A stretch of DNA of 64,000 nucleotides from positions 77,128,001 through 77,192,000 of the forward strand of contig OX597822.1 of the NCBI GenBank assembly GCA_951406725.2, read 5' to 3'. Positions 27,841 through 41,688 of the stretch are shown piece after piece. The notes under the pieces are model-generated. The model was given only the letters and a program-made list of their open reading frames with translations. It was not told where the DNA came from and did not search any database. The translations under genes and the position numbers were made by a program. Each line of letters starts with the position of its first letter. Within the stretch, counting starts at the first letter, position 1. This stretch comes from Octopus vulgaris. Taxonomy: Eukaryota.

Positions 27841-28652
27841 AGAAATATTTGTAGAACATACCCTCGAAACTAAAGCCCCTTATACTTAAGGCCAGCAGCA
27901 CCCCGGCCGACGGTGTGGTTGCAAATTAGGAAGCTGAACGGTATCCTATTGCAGGGGAGGTCCAGCCAGAGACTATGGCCAGTAGAAGTGCGTCATCATA
28001 TGACCGAGACAAACGTTAGGAACAATGTAAAAATGAAGAAAAGAGGACAAAAACAAGGAAACAAGATGGAAATCCCTGAGAAAGAGATGCCCACCCAGCT
28101 AGACTCCATAAGAATTAGGATTGTCCGAGCAAGGAACGAAACTTAGTGGATCTGGTGAATGTACTGAATGTAAAGACACGGAATATTGTTTGTGCAGATG
28201 AAGGAGATCGGTATGGGAGTATATGGGACGCCAAAATGGTATATTACTGGTACTCCACCTACCTCCGATGGCATGTGAACAGCTAAATATTTACCATTTC
28301 TCTCCGGTTGGAGTATTTAGAAAGCAAAAGAAATAAACGACAGACAAAAACAAACCACTACCATTTTAAGAATGAAGAGAGAGAGAGAGAGAGCAAAGAG
28401 AACTGTGCAAAACATGGAAAGGGAAGGAAGAGAAACAAAAAGATAGGAAGACTCTTGAAAGTAAGAGAAAAAAGACACAAAAGCAAGAGAAATCTGCAGT
28501 GTTAGCAGGCGACTTTACACAGGATAGACAGATATGTCACCTAATGCTACGCAATTCTTTGCATCGATGCCTGTTTAGATATTTGGTATACTGAAAATTA
28601 CTGCAAGAAAAGAGTCATGAAATTTCCGAGAGTTTTTTATTTTTGTTGTTTA

Positions 28653-28882
28653 CTTTTTACTCTTTTACTTGTTTCAGTCATTTGGCTGTGGCCATGCTGG
28701 AGCACCGCCTTTAGTCGAGCAAATCGACCCCAGAACTTATTCTTTGTAAGCCTAGTACTTATTCAATCTGTCCCTTTTGCCGAACCGCTAAGTTACGGGG
28801 ACGTAAACATACCAGCATCGGTTTTCAAGCGATGTTGGGGGGCAATTACAGACACACAAACGTACACATACACACACATTTA

Positions 28883-28914
<32 letters not shown>

Positions 28915-29068
28915 CGACGGGCTTCTTTCAGTTTCCGTCTACCAAATCCACTCACAAGGCTTTGGTCGGCCCGAGGCTATAGTAGAAGACTCTTGCCCAA
29001 GTTGCACGGAGTGGGATTGAACCCAGAACCATATGGTTTGCAAGCAAGCTACTTACCACACAGCCACT
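28653..29068 (-). mobile_element. SINE family A, full length
   Basis: Matches the other family A copies. Confidence 0.85.
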
Positions 29069-29449
29069 ATCTTTCTTGCTATGCATAAGGCATTCTAGTG
29101 CCAAAATATTTGTATACTTCACTTTTCTGTAACAATCTTTTGAAATTGTGAAATTTACTGTTTTGTCGTTTTTATCATTATTAATACAGAGTGTCTCCGG
29201 CATCATGTTCATTGTTTCGGTTATCATAATTGTTGGGATGGCGTTTCAAACTCCGCCGAGGTCGGCTTTGTCTTCATCACCGGGTTCTCTGTAATCGACT
29301 AGCCTCCTCACACCAAATATCAGGCTTGGAGCCTATACTAAAAAGGATTGTTTTTGTTGCTCTCTGTCGTTATTCGTGTTGAATGTTTCCATGTTAAGTT
29401 GCATTATTAAGTAGGTTTACTGGATTTACTTACTGGCGTGTGTGTATGT

Positions 29450-29500
<51 letters not shown>

Positions 29501-29971
29501 TGTGTGTGTGTGTTTTAATGTCAGTAGAGGTTTTGTTCGTTTTAAAAGATGAGGGTGAGATTGTTAAATATCTTACCTGTTTTGGCAATGAATATCATTT
29601 CTGCTCTGAAGGCTAAAATATTATTTCAACATGGCCGTCTGATAGGTTGTTAGCGGGAGATATTTCTCATAACAGTGGTGGCTGCCTAATTCGTTTGGAG
29701 GAACGGGGAAGGGAATTTAAGCAACGGTACAAATAATGAGAAAATTAAAATATAACATCAACACCTAAAATTACGAAAATTATGAAACAGACGCCAAAAA
29801 ATGGTCACCAGGAACACCTAGAAACCATAACAACAACAACAACGAAATTTGCTTGAAAATAACAACGCCCACGTTATGTTGAAACCTATAATTCTCTAAT
29901 CAGATTAGACAGGAGGATCTGAAATTGGTTACAGAAATCTAAAGAAATACGCATGAATATTACACTTTAAA

Positions 29972-30430
29972 GACGGCGGCGAGCTGGCAGAATCGTTTAC
30001 ACCCCCCCGGGGAAAATGTTTACCGACATTTCATCTTTTTTTTTTTTTAGGTTCTGAGTTCAAATTCCGCCGAGGTGACTTTGCCTTTCATTCTTTCAAG
30101 GTCGATAAAATAAGTACCAGTTGAGGACGGGGGTCGATGTAATCGACTTACATCCTGCTCCTAAAATTGCTGGCTTTGTCCAAAAATTTGATATTAATAT
30201 TGCAGTTTAACGGAAGTAGCGAGCTGGCAGAATCGTTAGCATGCGGGGCAAAATGCTTAGCGGCATACCGTCCATCTTTACGTTCTGAGTTCAAATTCCA
30301 CCGAGGTCGACCTTGCCGTTCATACTTTTGAGATCGATAAAATAAGCACCATTTGAACATTGAGATCAATGTAATCGAATTACCACCTCTTCCACGAACT
30401 TGCTGGCCTTGTGTCATATTTGAAACCAAT
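29972..30430 (+). mobile_element. Two family B SINE copies
   Basis: gcgagctggcagaatcgtt heads at ~29975 and ~30218, each with the Meta-like domain. Confidence 0.7.
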
Positions 30431-30479
30431 AGTAATGGTATATATTTTTCCATTATGGAAAATGATATTTTTTATTATC

Positions 30480-30637
30480 AGGAGTGGCTGTGTGGTAAGT
30501 AGCTTGCTTACGAACCACATGGTTCCGGGTGCAGTGCCACTGCGTGGAACCTTGAGCATGTGTCTTCTACTATAGCCTCGGGCCGACCAAAGCCTTGTGA
30601 GTAGATTTGGTAAATGGAAACTGAAAGAAGCCCATCG

Positions 30638-30674
<37 letters not shown>

Positions 30675-30898
30675 GTGTGTGTGTGTATGTTTGTGTGTGT
30701 GTTTCCCACCAACACCGCTTGACAACCGACGCTGGTGTGTTTACGTCCCCGTAACTTAGTAGTTCGGCAAAAGAGCCCGATAGAATAAGTACTAGGCTTC
30801 CAAAGAATAAGTCCTGGGATCGATTTGCTCGACTAAGGGCGGTGTTCCAGCATGGCCGCAGTCAAAATGACTGAAACAAGTAAAAGAGTAAAAGAGTA
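30480..30898 (+). mobile_element. SINE family A, full length
   Basis: Matches the other family A copies; tail-to-tail with the next copy. Confidence 0.85.
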
Positions 30899-30914
30899 AA
30901 CTATTTTTTACGTT

Positions 30915-31177
30915 TTAGTTGTTTCAGTTATTAGATTGCGGCCAAGTTGGAGAACCGCCTTCAGGAATTTTAGTAAATCAAATCGACCTTTGTAGTTATT
31001 TTCTCTTTAAGCCTGATACTTATTCTATCGCTAAATTGGGGAGATGTAAATACACCAACACCGGTTGTTAAGCGGTGGTTTGAGACAAACACAAAGGCAC
31101 ATACCTAGATATGTACATGCGCGCACACACAAACACACAAGCACACACACACACACACACACACACACGCAAACACC

Positions 31178-31254
<77 letters not shown>

Positions 31255-31742
31255 TTATATATATATTATATACGGTGGTGGCGCAATGGCCCAGTGGTTA
31301 GGGCAGCGGACTCGCGGTTGATTCCCAGACCGGGCGTTGTGAGTGTTTATTGAGCAAAAACACCTAAAGCTCCACGAGGCTCCGGCAGGGGGCGGTGGCG
31401 ATCTTTGCTGTACTCTTTCGGCACAACTTTCTCTCACTCTTTCTACTGTTGGCTTGCTCGCTTAGCCAGCCGGGTGGCGTCATTTGAAGGCTAAAACAAT
31501 GCGAAGCACATTGTAACCAGCGATATGTAGCAACATCTGATTGCCTGGTCGGCCAGGGTGATCAGGCTGATATTATATACGATGGGCTTCTTTCAGTTTC
31601 CCTCTACCAAATCCACTCACAAGGCTTTGGCCGGCCCGAAGCTATAGCAGAAGACACTTGCCTAAGATGTCATGCAGTGAAACTGAACCTGGAACAACGT
31701 GGTTGGAAAGCAAACTTCTTACCGTACAGCCATGCCTGCGCC
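30915..31742 (-). mobile_element. SINE family A interrupted in its microsatellite by a head C + tail T3 SINE (31273-31570, +)
   Basis: Family A tail at 30915-31100 and head at 31578-31742 flank a complete different SINE. Confidence 0.75.
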
Positions 31743-32358
31743 CACATGTGATATCATTCTTGCATAAGCGTTGACCTAGTTTATCTTGATACTTTCTGTA
31801 GATTTTAAAACTATAATTAACGGAGAACGACGCCAAGAACCGTAATAGCAACGTGAGCATCTCTGGATATTCTATTCGGCTATAAACTGGTGAGACTTAG
31901 AATCTTCAGTATTTAGGAGAGGATTTATTTTGTCTTGTAATCATTTCCTACAGATTTTAATGGAATCAATCGCCAACAAAATAATATTGATCATATTAAG
32001 TCTCTTTAGAAACTCTCGTTTTAGATATAAAACACAGTGGTTATTGTACACAAAATGGTAAGTTTTCACCTTCAATCAGCTCTCAATAAAGCTCACAAAG
32101 AATTGTAATAGTTTGAGTATATTTACCGATTTTAGTTCCAGTGCAAGACATTTTCCTATATATTATTTACGGCTTTCTATTTTTACCAGGTCAGAGTTGT
32201 TTTGTTTTCTTTTCTCTTCGAAAATAATAGTTTGAACATTTCCACTGATTCTGGTGTAATACATTTTCATATATATTATTTTCGGCTGTTTTTCTTTTAT
32301 CAGTCCAAATAAAGTTGAGATTTCTTTTTACTAAATATAAATATAGTTTTACACACAT

Positions 32359-32395
<37 letters not shown>

Positions 32396-32729
32396 AATTT
32401 AAATAAGTGACAACAGAAGAATGAGACTTCGATATTAGATAAATAGAGGATTATTTATATATGTATAGTTTAGGATGCATTCTCATGGTAGCTTTTAGCG
32501 CCGGCATTTGAAACTCCGAGTACTATTATGACAACTTACTGATTTCCTAAACTATATATATATATACAAGTTTGTAAAAGTTTTTAATTTTCATCTCATT
32601 AAATTTATCCAGCTTTTGTGTATCTGGTACACACTTCGCCTTTTAATGTACTTATATATGAATAATATATGGCGTGTCCCAGAACACCAGCGATAATAAT
32701 TAATTTTATTGTATCGCATTTGACTTTGG

Positions 32730-32783
<54 letters not shown>

Positions 32784-33140
32784 GTAGTATTATAAAAGGC
32801 AGATTTTATCTGCCTCCCTTTGTCTCTTATAGAAATCTACAATATAGGATTTCTTCAATTACAATTTACCTAGCATTGTTAAGAGTAGAATGCATCGGGT
32901 CGTGCCAGGTCCAGTTTTTAAAATTTCAACCCCAATTAAGCAAAATTTAGAGAAAACTCACGTTGTGGTGTATATGTCAAATGCTTTTCTTAGTGTGGGC
33001 TACAGCACACGCACACGCACACACACACAAACGGAGCGAACTGTTTCACTGACGCTATCACCCTAATTTCTCCTTTTTCTTTGCAAGTGTGCAACGATTA
33101 AAGTGAAAACAGTGAATCCGACAGCGATAAAGAAAATGAA

Positions 33141-33763
33141 TTGGCACCTGAATGGAGTGAAAATTTAAAAACTGTTTCTTTCGGTGATTTTTCTGAAGAA
33201 ACTGGACCAAGCCACAGACTTTCCCAGGAGAGTAAAGCCTTAGACTATTTATTTTTACTTTTTCGAATGAGCCTATTTGAAATCATTACGGCGAAAACGA
33301 ACCGTTACGCTAAACGTAAACAAAGCGAAAGAAAGGATAGTTTGTTATTTCCCACAACCTTAAATGAAATTAAGGCCTATTTTGCCATAAATATTATTAT
33401 GGGTATCAGAAAGTTACCCAGAATAACAAATTCTATCGTAAAATTTTGTTGTATACCCAATTGAATATTAGCTAATAACCCATTTTCTATAGCGATGTTT
33501 GAACAAAATTTTAATAATTTTATATTTTGTTGAATTTACCTGTTTCTACCTGCAATTAGAGTCACTTTGTGACAAAAATTATAGTATAGAATTGGTTGAG
33601 AACATTTCATTAAATTATCTTCCAAAATTCATGTTAATATATTGATAAATAAAAAAGTTATAGTTGTTTAATGAAACCAGACTAAATTTATGATTACGTT
33701 AGAAATTAATTGAAACGCATAAGGGGTGTATTTTGGTCAGAAATATAGTAACGAAAGGGTTAA
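33141..33763 (+). mobile_element. piggyBac-like transposase N-terminal fragment and right terminus
   Basis: FSEETGP...LDYLFLLF...TNRYA...TTLNEIKAYFAINIIMGIRKLP matches the piggyBac/PGBD N-terminal core; ends in ...gaaaggg|TTAA at 33763. Confidence 0.75.
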
Positions 33764-33871
33764 GAAAAACCAAAAAATATTTTATTCTTTATAAATTTTG
33801 TGTTCAAAATAACATTTTCTTTTAAGAATGTGTATATAACAAAGTATGTGTATATAACTACGTGGCTTACA

Positions 33872-34270
33872 TCTTTATATATAAAAGTGAAGTTGTGTGT
33901 CTGTCTCCTACGATTTAGATTCGTAACGACTCCCACATTTTGCGGTGCAGTGTAACCAAAACCGGGTATCTTATAGTCGTGATTCATATCGAGCCCTTCT
34001 GGGTATTAGCGCGCGTCTACGATGAGTCTACGATTTAAAAAAAATTTACCAGCATATTTTTCCATTTTAATGCATTTTTTCGCTATTATATAAGGGAAGT
34101 AACTCTCTAAAAATATCTACGATGTGTCAACGATTTAAAAAAAAAAAATTACCTTAATTTTTTTTCCATTTTTAATGCATTTTTTTGCTATTTTTTGGCT
34201 ATAACTCTCTAAAAATGGTTATATAGTTATTTCCCTTACAAACCCGAGCAACGCCGGGCGATACTGCTAG
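33872..34270 (+). mobile_element. Non-autonomous Helitron
   Basis: 5' TC, 3' hairpin cccgagcaacgccggg followed by CTAG, inserted between A and T with no TSD; internal direct repeat. Confidence 0.8.
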
Positions 34271-34300
34271 TATATATATATATATATATATATATATAAG

Positions 34301-34865
34301 TAGTGGAGGCACATGGCCTAGTGGTTAGAGCAGTGGACTCGCGGTCGAGAGATCGCGGGTTCGAATCTCAGACCGGGCGATGTGTGTGTTTATGAGCGAA
34401 ACACCTAAGCTCCACGCGGCTCCGGCAGAAAGTAAAGGCGAACTTCTGCTGACTCTTTCACCATCTGCGTCCCATCCAGGTGGGGAACCTATAGGAAACC
34501 GGAAAACCGGCCCTTATGGGCGAGGCAAGACTCAAGAAGGAACAAGCATATATATATATAAGTGGAGGTGCAGTGGTCAGGGCAGCGGACTCGTGGTCGT
34601 AGGATAGGATCGTTGTTTCGATTTCCAGACCGGGCGTTGTGAGTGTTTATTGATCGAAAACACCTACTAGCTCCACGAGGCGGGGGACGGACGAACCCTA
34701 CTGTACTCTTTCTTCTCATTCTTTCTTCCTGTTTCTATTGTATCTGTATTTCAAAGGTGTCACATTCTTTGTTACGCTGAATCTCCCCGAGAACTACATT
34801 AAAGGTACACAAATGTGTTAATTTCACGAGCAGGCTGTTCCGTTGATCGGATCAACTGGAATCCT
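34301..34865 (+). mobile_element. Two head C SINEs in tandem, with tail T2 (34301-34540) and tail T1 (34561-34865)
   Basis: Shared head gtggagg...ggactcg(c/t)ggtcg...agaccgggcg; different 3' modules. Confidence 0.75.
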
Positions 34866-34999
34866 TTTTGTGCTAAGTAGTTTGCTTTCCAGCCACATAG
34901 GTCACTTGGGTCAATATCTTCTACTATTGCCCCAGGCCGACCAAATCTTTGTGTGTAGATTTGGTAGAAGGAAACTGAGAGAAGCTCGTTGTAGGTAGC

Positions 35000-35175
35000 C
35001 ACCTGCTGGCAACATTTTCTTCCCGCCTTCTTGGGGTATCTACAGCCATCCTGCGTTCCAGATTTATGAAGACACGAACAACATGCCCAGGACATCTCAG
35101 TATATCTAACGGGACATTCCCTTCTTTGTGCATGTACCTGATGTGACCTGAACTGCACAGATTGTTGCAACACAA
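35000..35175 (-). pseudogene. RTE-like LINE C-terminal remnant
   Basis: ILRCPGHVVRVFINLERRMAVDTPRRR...W resembles LRWxGHVxRM...PxGxRxRGRP..W. Confidence 0.4.
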
Positions 35176-35305
35176 TTAGATGCACAAAATCCTACCCGTG
35201 ATGGACAGTTTCAGGATGAGTCGAAACGATCGTCATACTGAATAAAGACTAATGCCGAATCTATCTTCCGTTTCCTTCATCAATTATTATTATCATTACT
35301 ACTAC

Positions 35306-35355
<50 letters not shown>

Positions 35356-35521
35356 TAGTTATCGCCAAGCTAATATGGCAGTCCATAAATATAGGACAAA
35401 AGCAGCCGCTGATTAACTCCAAGATGCCATCGCCTCTAGCTAGCTATATGATACACGAACCTGTGTCCATTATAACCGTCGAACATGGGAGGTCAGCCGC
35501 TTCTCCTCGCTGGTCAGGCAA

Positions 35522-35562
35522 CTGCAAACATGTTTCAGGGTATTTGCCCTTTATCAATGCAG
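35522..35562 (-). ncRNA. Minimal type I hammerhead with a U3-A8 core
   Basis: Minus strand: ctgca-TTGATAA-aggg(caaata)ccct-GAAA-catg-TT-tgcag; lies in a ~230-bp TA-flanked insert (35353-35585). Confidence 0.6.
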
Positions 35563-35805
35563 AGTAACCGAACCCTGCAGGCGTATGTATATATATATAT
35601 ATATATATATATACACGTCTGTATGTGTGTATGTCTGTGTTTGTCCCTCACAACCAGTGTTGGTTTGCTTATGTCCTTGTAACTTAGTAGTGCGGCAAAA
35701 GCCACCGAAAAATAAGTACTGGGGTCGATGCGTTTGATTAACGTTCTTCAAGGCGGTACCCCAGCAAGGCCGCCGTCAAATAACTGTAACAAGTAAAAGA
35801 CATAA

Positions 35806-36150
35806 AGGCACAAGCATGGCTGTGTGGTTAAGGAGTTCTTTTTGCAGTCGCATGGTTTTCAGTTCAGTCCCACTGCGAGGCATCTTAGGGAAGTGTCTTC
35901 TGCTATAAATTCAGGTCGACTAATTCCTTGTGAGCGAATTTGGTAGGCGGAAACTGTGTAGAAGCCTGTCGTATATATATGTGTCTTTGTGTTTGTCCCC
36001 CATCACTTGACAAACGGTGTTGATTTTTCCTCACGCTCTCCTTAACTAGAAGTTTGATAGAATAAGTACCGGGGTACATTTGTCCGACTAAACCCTTCAT
36101 CATGGTGTCTCAGCATGGCCACTGTCAAACGACTGAAACAAATAAAGGAT
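35806..36150 (+). mobile_element. SINE family A, diverged
   Basis: Matches the other family A copies; preceded by another family A tail at 35610-35800. Confidence 0.7.
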
Positions 36151-36685
36151 AAGCCTATTTTTGCATCATTCTAACATTTTCAGCAACCCTTTGTCCCTTT
36201 TGCAAAACGTTATTAACTTCAGATTCTATCAGACTTCCTGAAAGATTAGATAACTGAAAGATTGGATATTTGGAACTAGTTTCTGGTTGTTTTACCGTTT
36301 TTCTTTTTACTAGGATGTGACGAACATGTTCTTTTCTTTGACCATGTTTATGTATTTGGATGTTTTGGAGATTTTTCAATTACGCATAAAACGTCCAAAA
36401 ATATAATAGAATAGAATATTTTAAAATAGAAGTAAATTGTTTTATTGTCACTTGCTTTAACGTGGCACGTCAACTGAAAATGTGATTTCACAAAGCTCAG
36501 AAGTTAAACATACGAAGAATTAAAATAAAAAATACAGACAACATATAAACGCTAAAATATAAAATGAAAGAACCATTGAATGATGGGAACAAAATATACA
36601 CGATCTGAATTGGAAAAGTTGTTTAAAAATCGATGGATTCTTGATGTTCCTATGTTCAAAGTCCTGAAAACAAAATAAAAAATAT

Positions 36686-37190
36686 ATGCGCCCTTTTAAA
36701 GCCTAGCCAGGCTCATGGGCCCGGTTTCCCCGTTTCAGTGGTGTATGTGTTCCCCAGCTGGACGGGACGTCAGTCCATCGCAGCGTTACTCATTCTTGCC
36801 AGCTGAGTGGACTGGTGCAACGTGAAATGAAGTGTTTTGCTCAAGAACACAACGCGTCGCCCGGTCCAGGAATCGAAACCACAGTCTTACGATCATGATG
36901 CTGACACCCTAACCACTAAGCCACGCACCTCCACTAAATAAATGCGCCCTTTTAAATCCTAGCCAGGCTCATGGGCCCGGTTTCTTGGTTTCGATGGCGT
37001 ATGCGTTCCCCAGCTGGACGGGACGTCAGTCCATCGCAGCGTTACTCATTTTTGCCTGCTGAATGGACTGGAGCAACGTGAAATGAAGTGTTTGGCTCAA
37101 GAACACAACGCGTCGCCCGGTCCAAGAATCGAAACCACAGTTTTACGATCATGATGCTGACACCCTAACCTCTAAGCCACGCGCCTCCAC
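36686..37190 (-). mobile_element. Head-to-tail dimer of a head D + tail T2 SINE
   Basis: Units 36686-36934 and 36942-37190 are highly similar; 13-bp TSD gaaaacaaaataa at 36666-36678 and 37192-37204. Confidence 0.85.
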
Positions 37191-37734
37191 AGAAAACAAA
37201 ATAATGAATACTATTAAAACCGGTACTCCGTCGGTTACGACGACGTGTGTCCCAGCGAATCCGATCAACGAAACAACTTGCTCGTGGGATCAACATGCAA
37301 GTGTCTGAACACTCCACAAACACGCGTATCCTTGAACATAGTTCTCAGGGAGATTCTGCGTGACACAGAATGTGACAAGGCTGGCCCTTTGAAATACAGC
37401 TATAATTCATTTTTGCCAGCTGAATAGACCGGAGCAAAACGCGTTGCCGAAAATCAAACTCATGATCTTACCATCGTAAACCTAACCACGAAGTCATGCG
37501 TCTTCACAATGCTATTAGGAGGACCAGATACCTTGTATCACAAGTGATGCATTGTATCTATTGCAATATGAGTGAGGTTTTGTTTAACCCTAGGCATTTC
37601 CAAACTGGAATGTCTGTTGTTAAATACATTCCAGCAACAACATTCATGTCTTCAGCCCCGTTGCATCCGAGACTATATTAGACAATGTCTTAGTTTCTTT
37701 TATTTTTTATCTTTCGTTTTTTTTTTTAATCATT

Positions 37735-38086
37735 TTTCAGTCATTGGACTTGTGGATATGACGGGGAACAATCTTGAAAGGTCTTAGCCGAGAAATCAAT
37801 CCCAATACTTTTATTAAAAGTCTGATATTTACTCTACCGGACTCTTGTGTCGAACCGTTAAGTTACGGGAACGTAATCAAGCTAACGTCGATAGTGGGAA
37901 CAAACACATATATTCTTTTATTCTTTTACTTGTTTGTAAGCCGAGTACTTATTCTATCGGAATCTTTTGCCAAACCGGGCAAAAGTTACGGGGACATAAA
38001 TACACCAGCATCGGTTGTCAAGCGATGTTGGGGGACAAACACACAAACACACAAACATACACACAGACACATACACACACACACAC

Positions 38087-38132
<46 letters not shown>

Positions 38133-38283
38133 TACATACATACACACATACACACAACAGGTTTCCATCTACCAAAGTCACTCATAAGGCATCGGTCGAT
38201 CTGGGACTATAGCAGTAGACATTTGCCCAAATTACCACACGGTTGTAAAGCGAGCTTCTTAACACCGCAGTCGTGTGTGCACC
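37735..38283 (-). mobile_element. SINE family A fragments
   Basis: Two overlapping or nested family A segments. Confidence 0.65.
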
Positions 38284-38891
38284 TATTAGTAGTGTTATTT
38301 TAGTATGTTTTGACAGCCATTTCTAGCAGGTCGGATCGTGTCTGATTACATTTGCGTCATGGTGAATGAGAAAAACCCGCGAATTATCTCTGCGTTGAGC
38401 CGTCACAGTCTTCTCCACACATTTTCTGGGTCAAAAGGCCATAGTGTAACTGTGTCCTTTACAAAACCATATTGATTGAGTTCGTTACGATTAACTCGAC
38501 AAGATATTGGTCTCAAATTTTGTTACAAGGCCAGAAAGTTTGGGGAAGTGCGTTAATCAAACACATCGATTTATACTTATCTTATCGATCGTGAAAGGAT
38601 GAAAGGTAAAGTCGACCTCGGCGGAATTCGAGATCAGAGCATAAGAACCGGCAAAATGCTGCAAAGCATTTTGCCCGGTCTGCTAACGATTCTGCTTTAT
38701 TCAACAAGGAAGTAAAAAATAATTAAGCGTAAATTAGTGCTTATTTTTTATTCTTCGAAAACTTGCTAGCAAAAATACAACCATGGCACGCATTGAGACT
38801 GAAACCTGAGCCATGTAGTTGGGAAGTAAACATCTTACCATACAACCACCCATATAAGTGTGCGTGTATGTGGTGCATATATATATATGTC

Positions 38892-38941
<50 letters not shown>

Positions 38942-38945
38942 TATG

Positions 38946-39415
<470 letters not shown>

Positions 39416-39439
39416 ATGCTTTATGTATCACATAATATG

Positions 39440-39895
39440 TATATGAGTTTGTATGTGCTTTCATGTATTTTCGTGTATTTGAACCATTCGTATGTGTATT
39501 TATCTTTGCATCACAAATGTTCTTGATTTTATCTATTCAAGGTGGCTTCGGAGTTTCTTTATCCGGTTGATTTCAGTCTCCTTCTTAATTTCTTCCCGTA
39601 ACTTTTACTTGACTTTCTACTAGAATATAAAATATTATGATTTTACTTTCCTAAATTAGGTTATTTGGTCTGAGATAATTTTTTTCTTGTTCTGTTTTCT
39701 CTTTTGTGTTTTTTTTTAACGTTTCTTAGTTTCTGTTTGGTATTTTTTTTGTTGTTTTTTTAAAAATCTTTTCCAGAAATTCTGTTTTGTTGAGGGAATT
39801 TTCTGCTGTCATGATTTCGTCCCTGTAAAAGTATTTATTTAGCTTCTTGAAACTTTTTATTCCCTTGTGTATATATATATATATATATACTCATA

Positions 39896-39926
<31 letters not shown>

Positions 39927-39978
39927 AACAGAGAGAGAGAGAAAGAGAGAGATAGATAGATAGATAGAAAGACATACA

Positions 39979-40046
<68 letters not shown>

Positions 40047-40870
40047 CACACATATACATATATATGTATTTCTACTTTTCTCAAATCTCTTCAGTCTTTA
40101 GGTTTCATTTTTTTTTTTTTTTGCTTTTACTTCCTGGATGAGATTTTCAATTATTGTTCTTAAGTTTATACACTCTTCCTTCGTATCATGAAAATGTCTT
40201 CCTTTCTCTCATAGTGTTAGTTTCTTTCCTCGCTTGATATTTGCATCTTCTTATTGTGAGTTTCATATATTGTTTGCTACATATATTGCTTTTTTTCTTT
40301 TTTCTTTCCTAGTGTTTCTCTTCCCATATTCTCTAAATAGCTCATTTTCTTGCTTTGTTTTCACTGAGTTCAATGCCAGTATCTTTGGGTTGCTGCCAGA
40401 ATTAGGTGGTTTATATTCGTAATACTTGTTTAATTCATTTTCGTTGCTTTGTTTTTCCTCTTAGTGCATCGTTCGTTTGTGTCATTAATGTTCTTTTTCT
40501 TACATTCAACGATGTCTCTCGGTATTGTGCGGCTAAGTTTTCAATGTTATTAGTGAATGTTTATAGAGGCGCTATTGGTTTTTCTATATTATATAAAGTG
40601 TGTGGTCATGTTCGGTTTTAATCTGGCTCGTGATAGCTGTTTACAATTCATTAAATCCTTCTTTGTTTTTCTCTCAATGCTCTCATGTTCACTTAACAAT
40701 ATTCGAGTGTTCTTTAAACATCTTTTTTCTTTTTCTTGTGTTCGGCGAAATCTTTTACTTATTTCTGCTTACATATTCGTGTAACGTTTATTTTACATGT
40801 GGTTGGTTTTCCTCTTGTTGATCCCTATAGGGTTTGTTTCGTCGAAGATGAGGTCTTTTAGCTCTCCAGA
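39440..40870 (-). pseudogene. Highly decayed R4/Dong-like LINE ORF, N-terminal to RT
   Basis: Minus-strand pieces NINHLILAA, NKKFQE...YFYRD...EFLEKI and a degenerate 'PGxDKI'-like segment occur in the expected order; very A-rich coding strand. Confidence 0.4.
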
Positions 40871-40998
40871 TATTGTCAATATCGAGTCGGTATTTTATCT
40901 TCATGGTATAAGGAATACGTTGGTATAACGGTAGAACATCTGACGTGTTTACAGAAGATGTGGGTTCGAATCAGACAAATATCCTCCGACTTTTTTAT

Positions 40999-41320
40999 AG
41001 GTGCAGGCATGGCTGTGTAGTTAAGAACCTGGTTTTGCAACCACGGGGTTTCGGGTTCAATCCCACTGCACCGTACTTTGTGCAAGTGTCTTCTACTTGA
41101 GAGTGAATTTGGTAGACGGAAACTGAAAGAAGCCTTGACAACCGATTTGGATCAGTTTGCGATCTCGGAAGTTACCCGTTCGGCAAAAGAGACCGATAGA
41201 ATAAGAAAGAGACTTTTGTATTAAAATAAGTACTGGGGTAGATTTGCTCGACTAAAACCCTTCAAGATGGTGCTCCAGCATGTCCGCAGTCCATTGACAG
41301 AAACAGGTAAAATGTAAAAG
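40999..41320 (+). mobile_element. SINE family A, internally deleted
   Basis: Head and tail match the other family A copies. Confidence 0.7.
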
Positions 41321-41633
41321 AAAATACCCGAATACTTCGGCAGATAAGTCTTTTGTCGGTGAATCACCGTGCAACTCCCCACACAAAATGGCTGTCCGTT
41401 AGAAATAGCCGGCAATTTATTGCTCAAATGACGTCACTGTCCTAAGGAAAGAACACGTTTGGTAATGTTGTCCTACTAAAGCCTAAAAAAGACAGAATGG
41501 TCATGTTTGGAATGGTTTCAACCATAGATAAACACGATTAGTTGATCAGGAGCTATATAACGATAACGTTTTTATCAATCATTTCAAATACCAAATATTT
41601 ATCCTTTTCACAAGTAAAATACATGCAGCTCTC

Positions 41634-41688
<55 letters not shown>

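Noticed and set aside
35195-35240. GAAACGATCGTC hammerhead half
   Set aside because: Stem III and GUC are present but the CUGANGA core is not recognisable; counted only as a relic.
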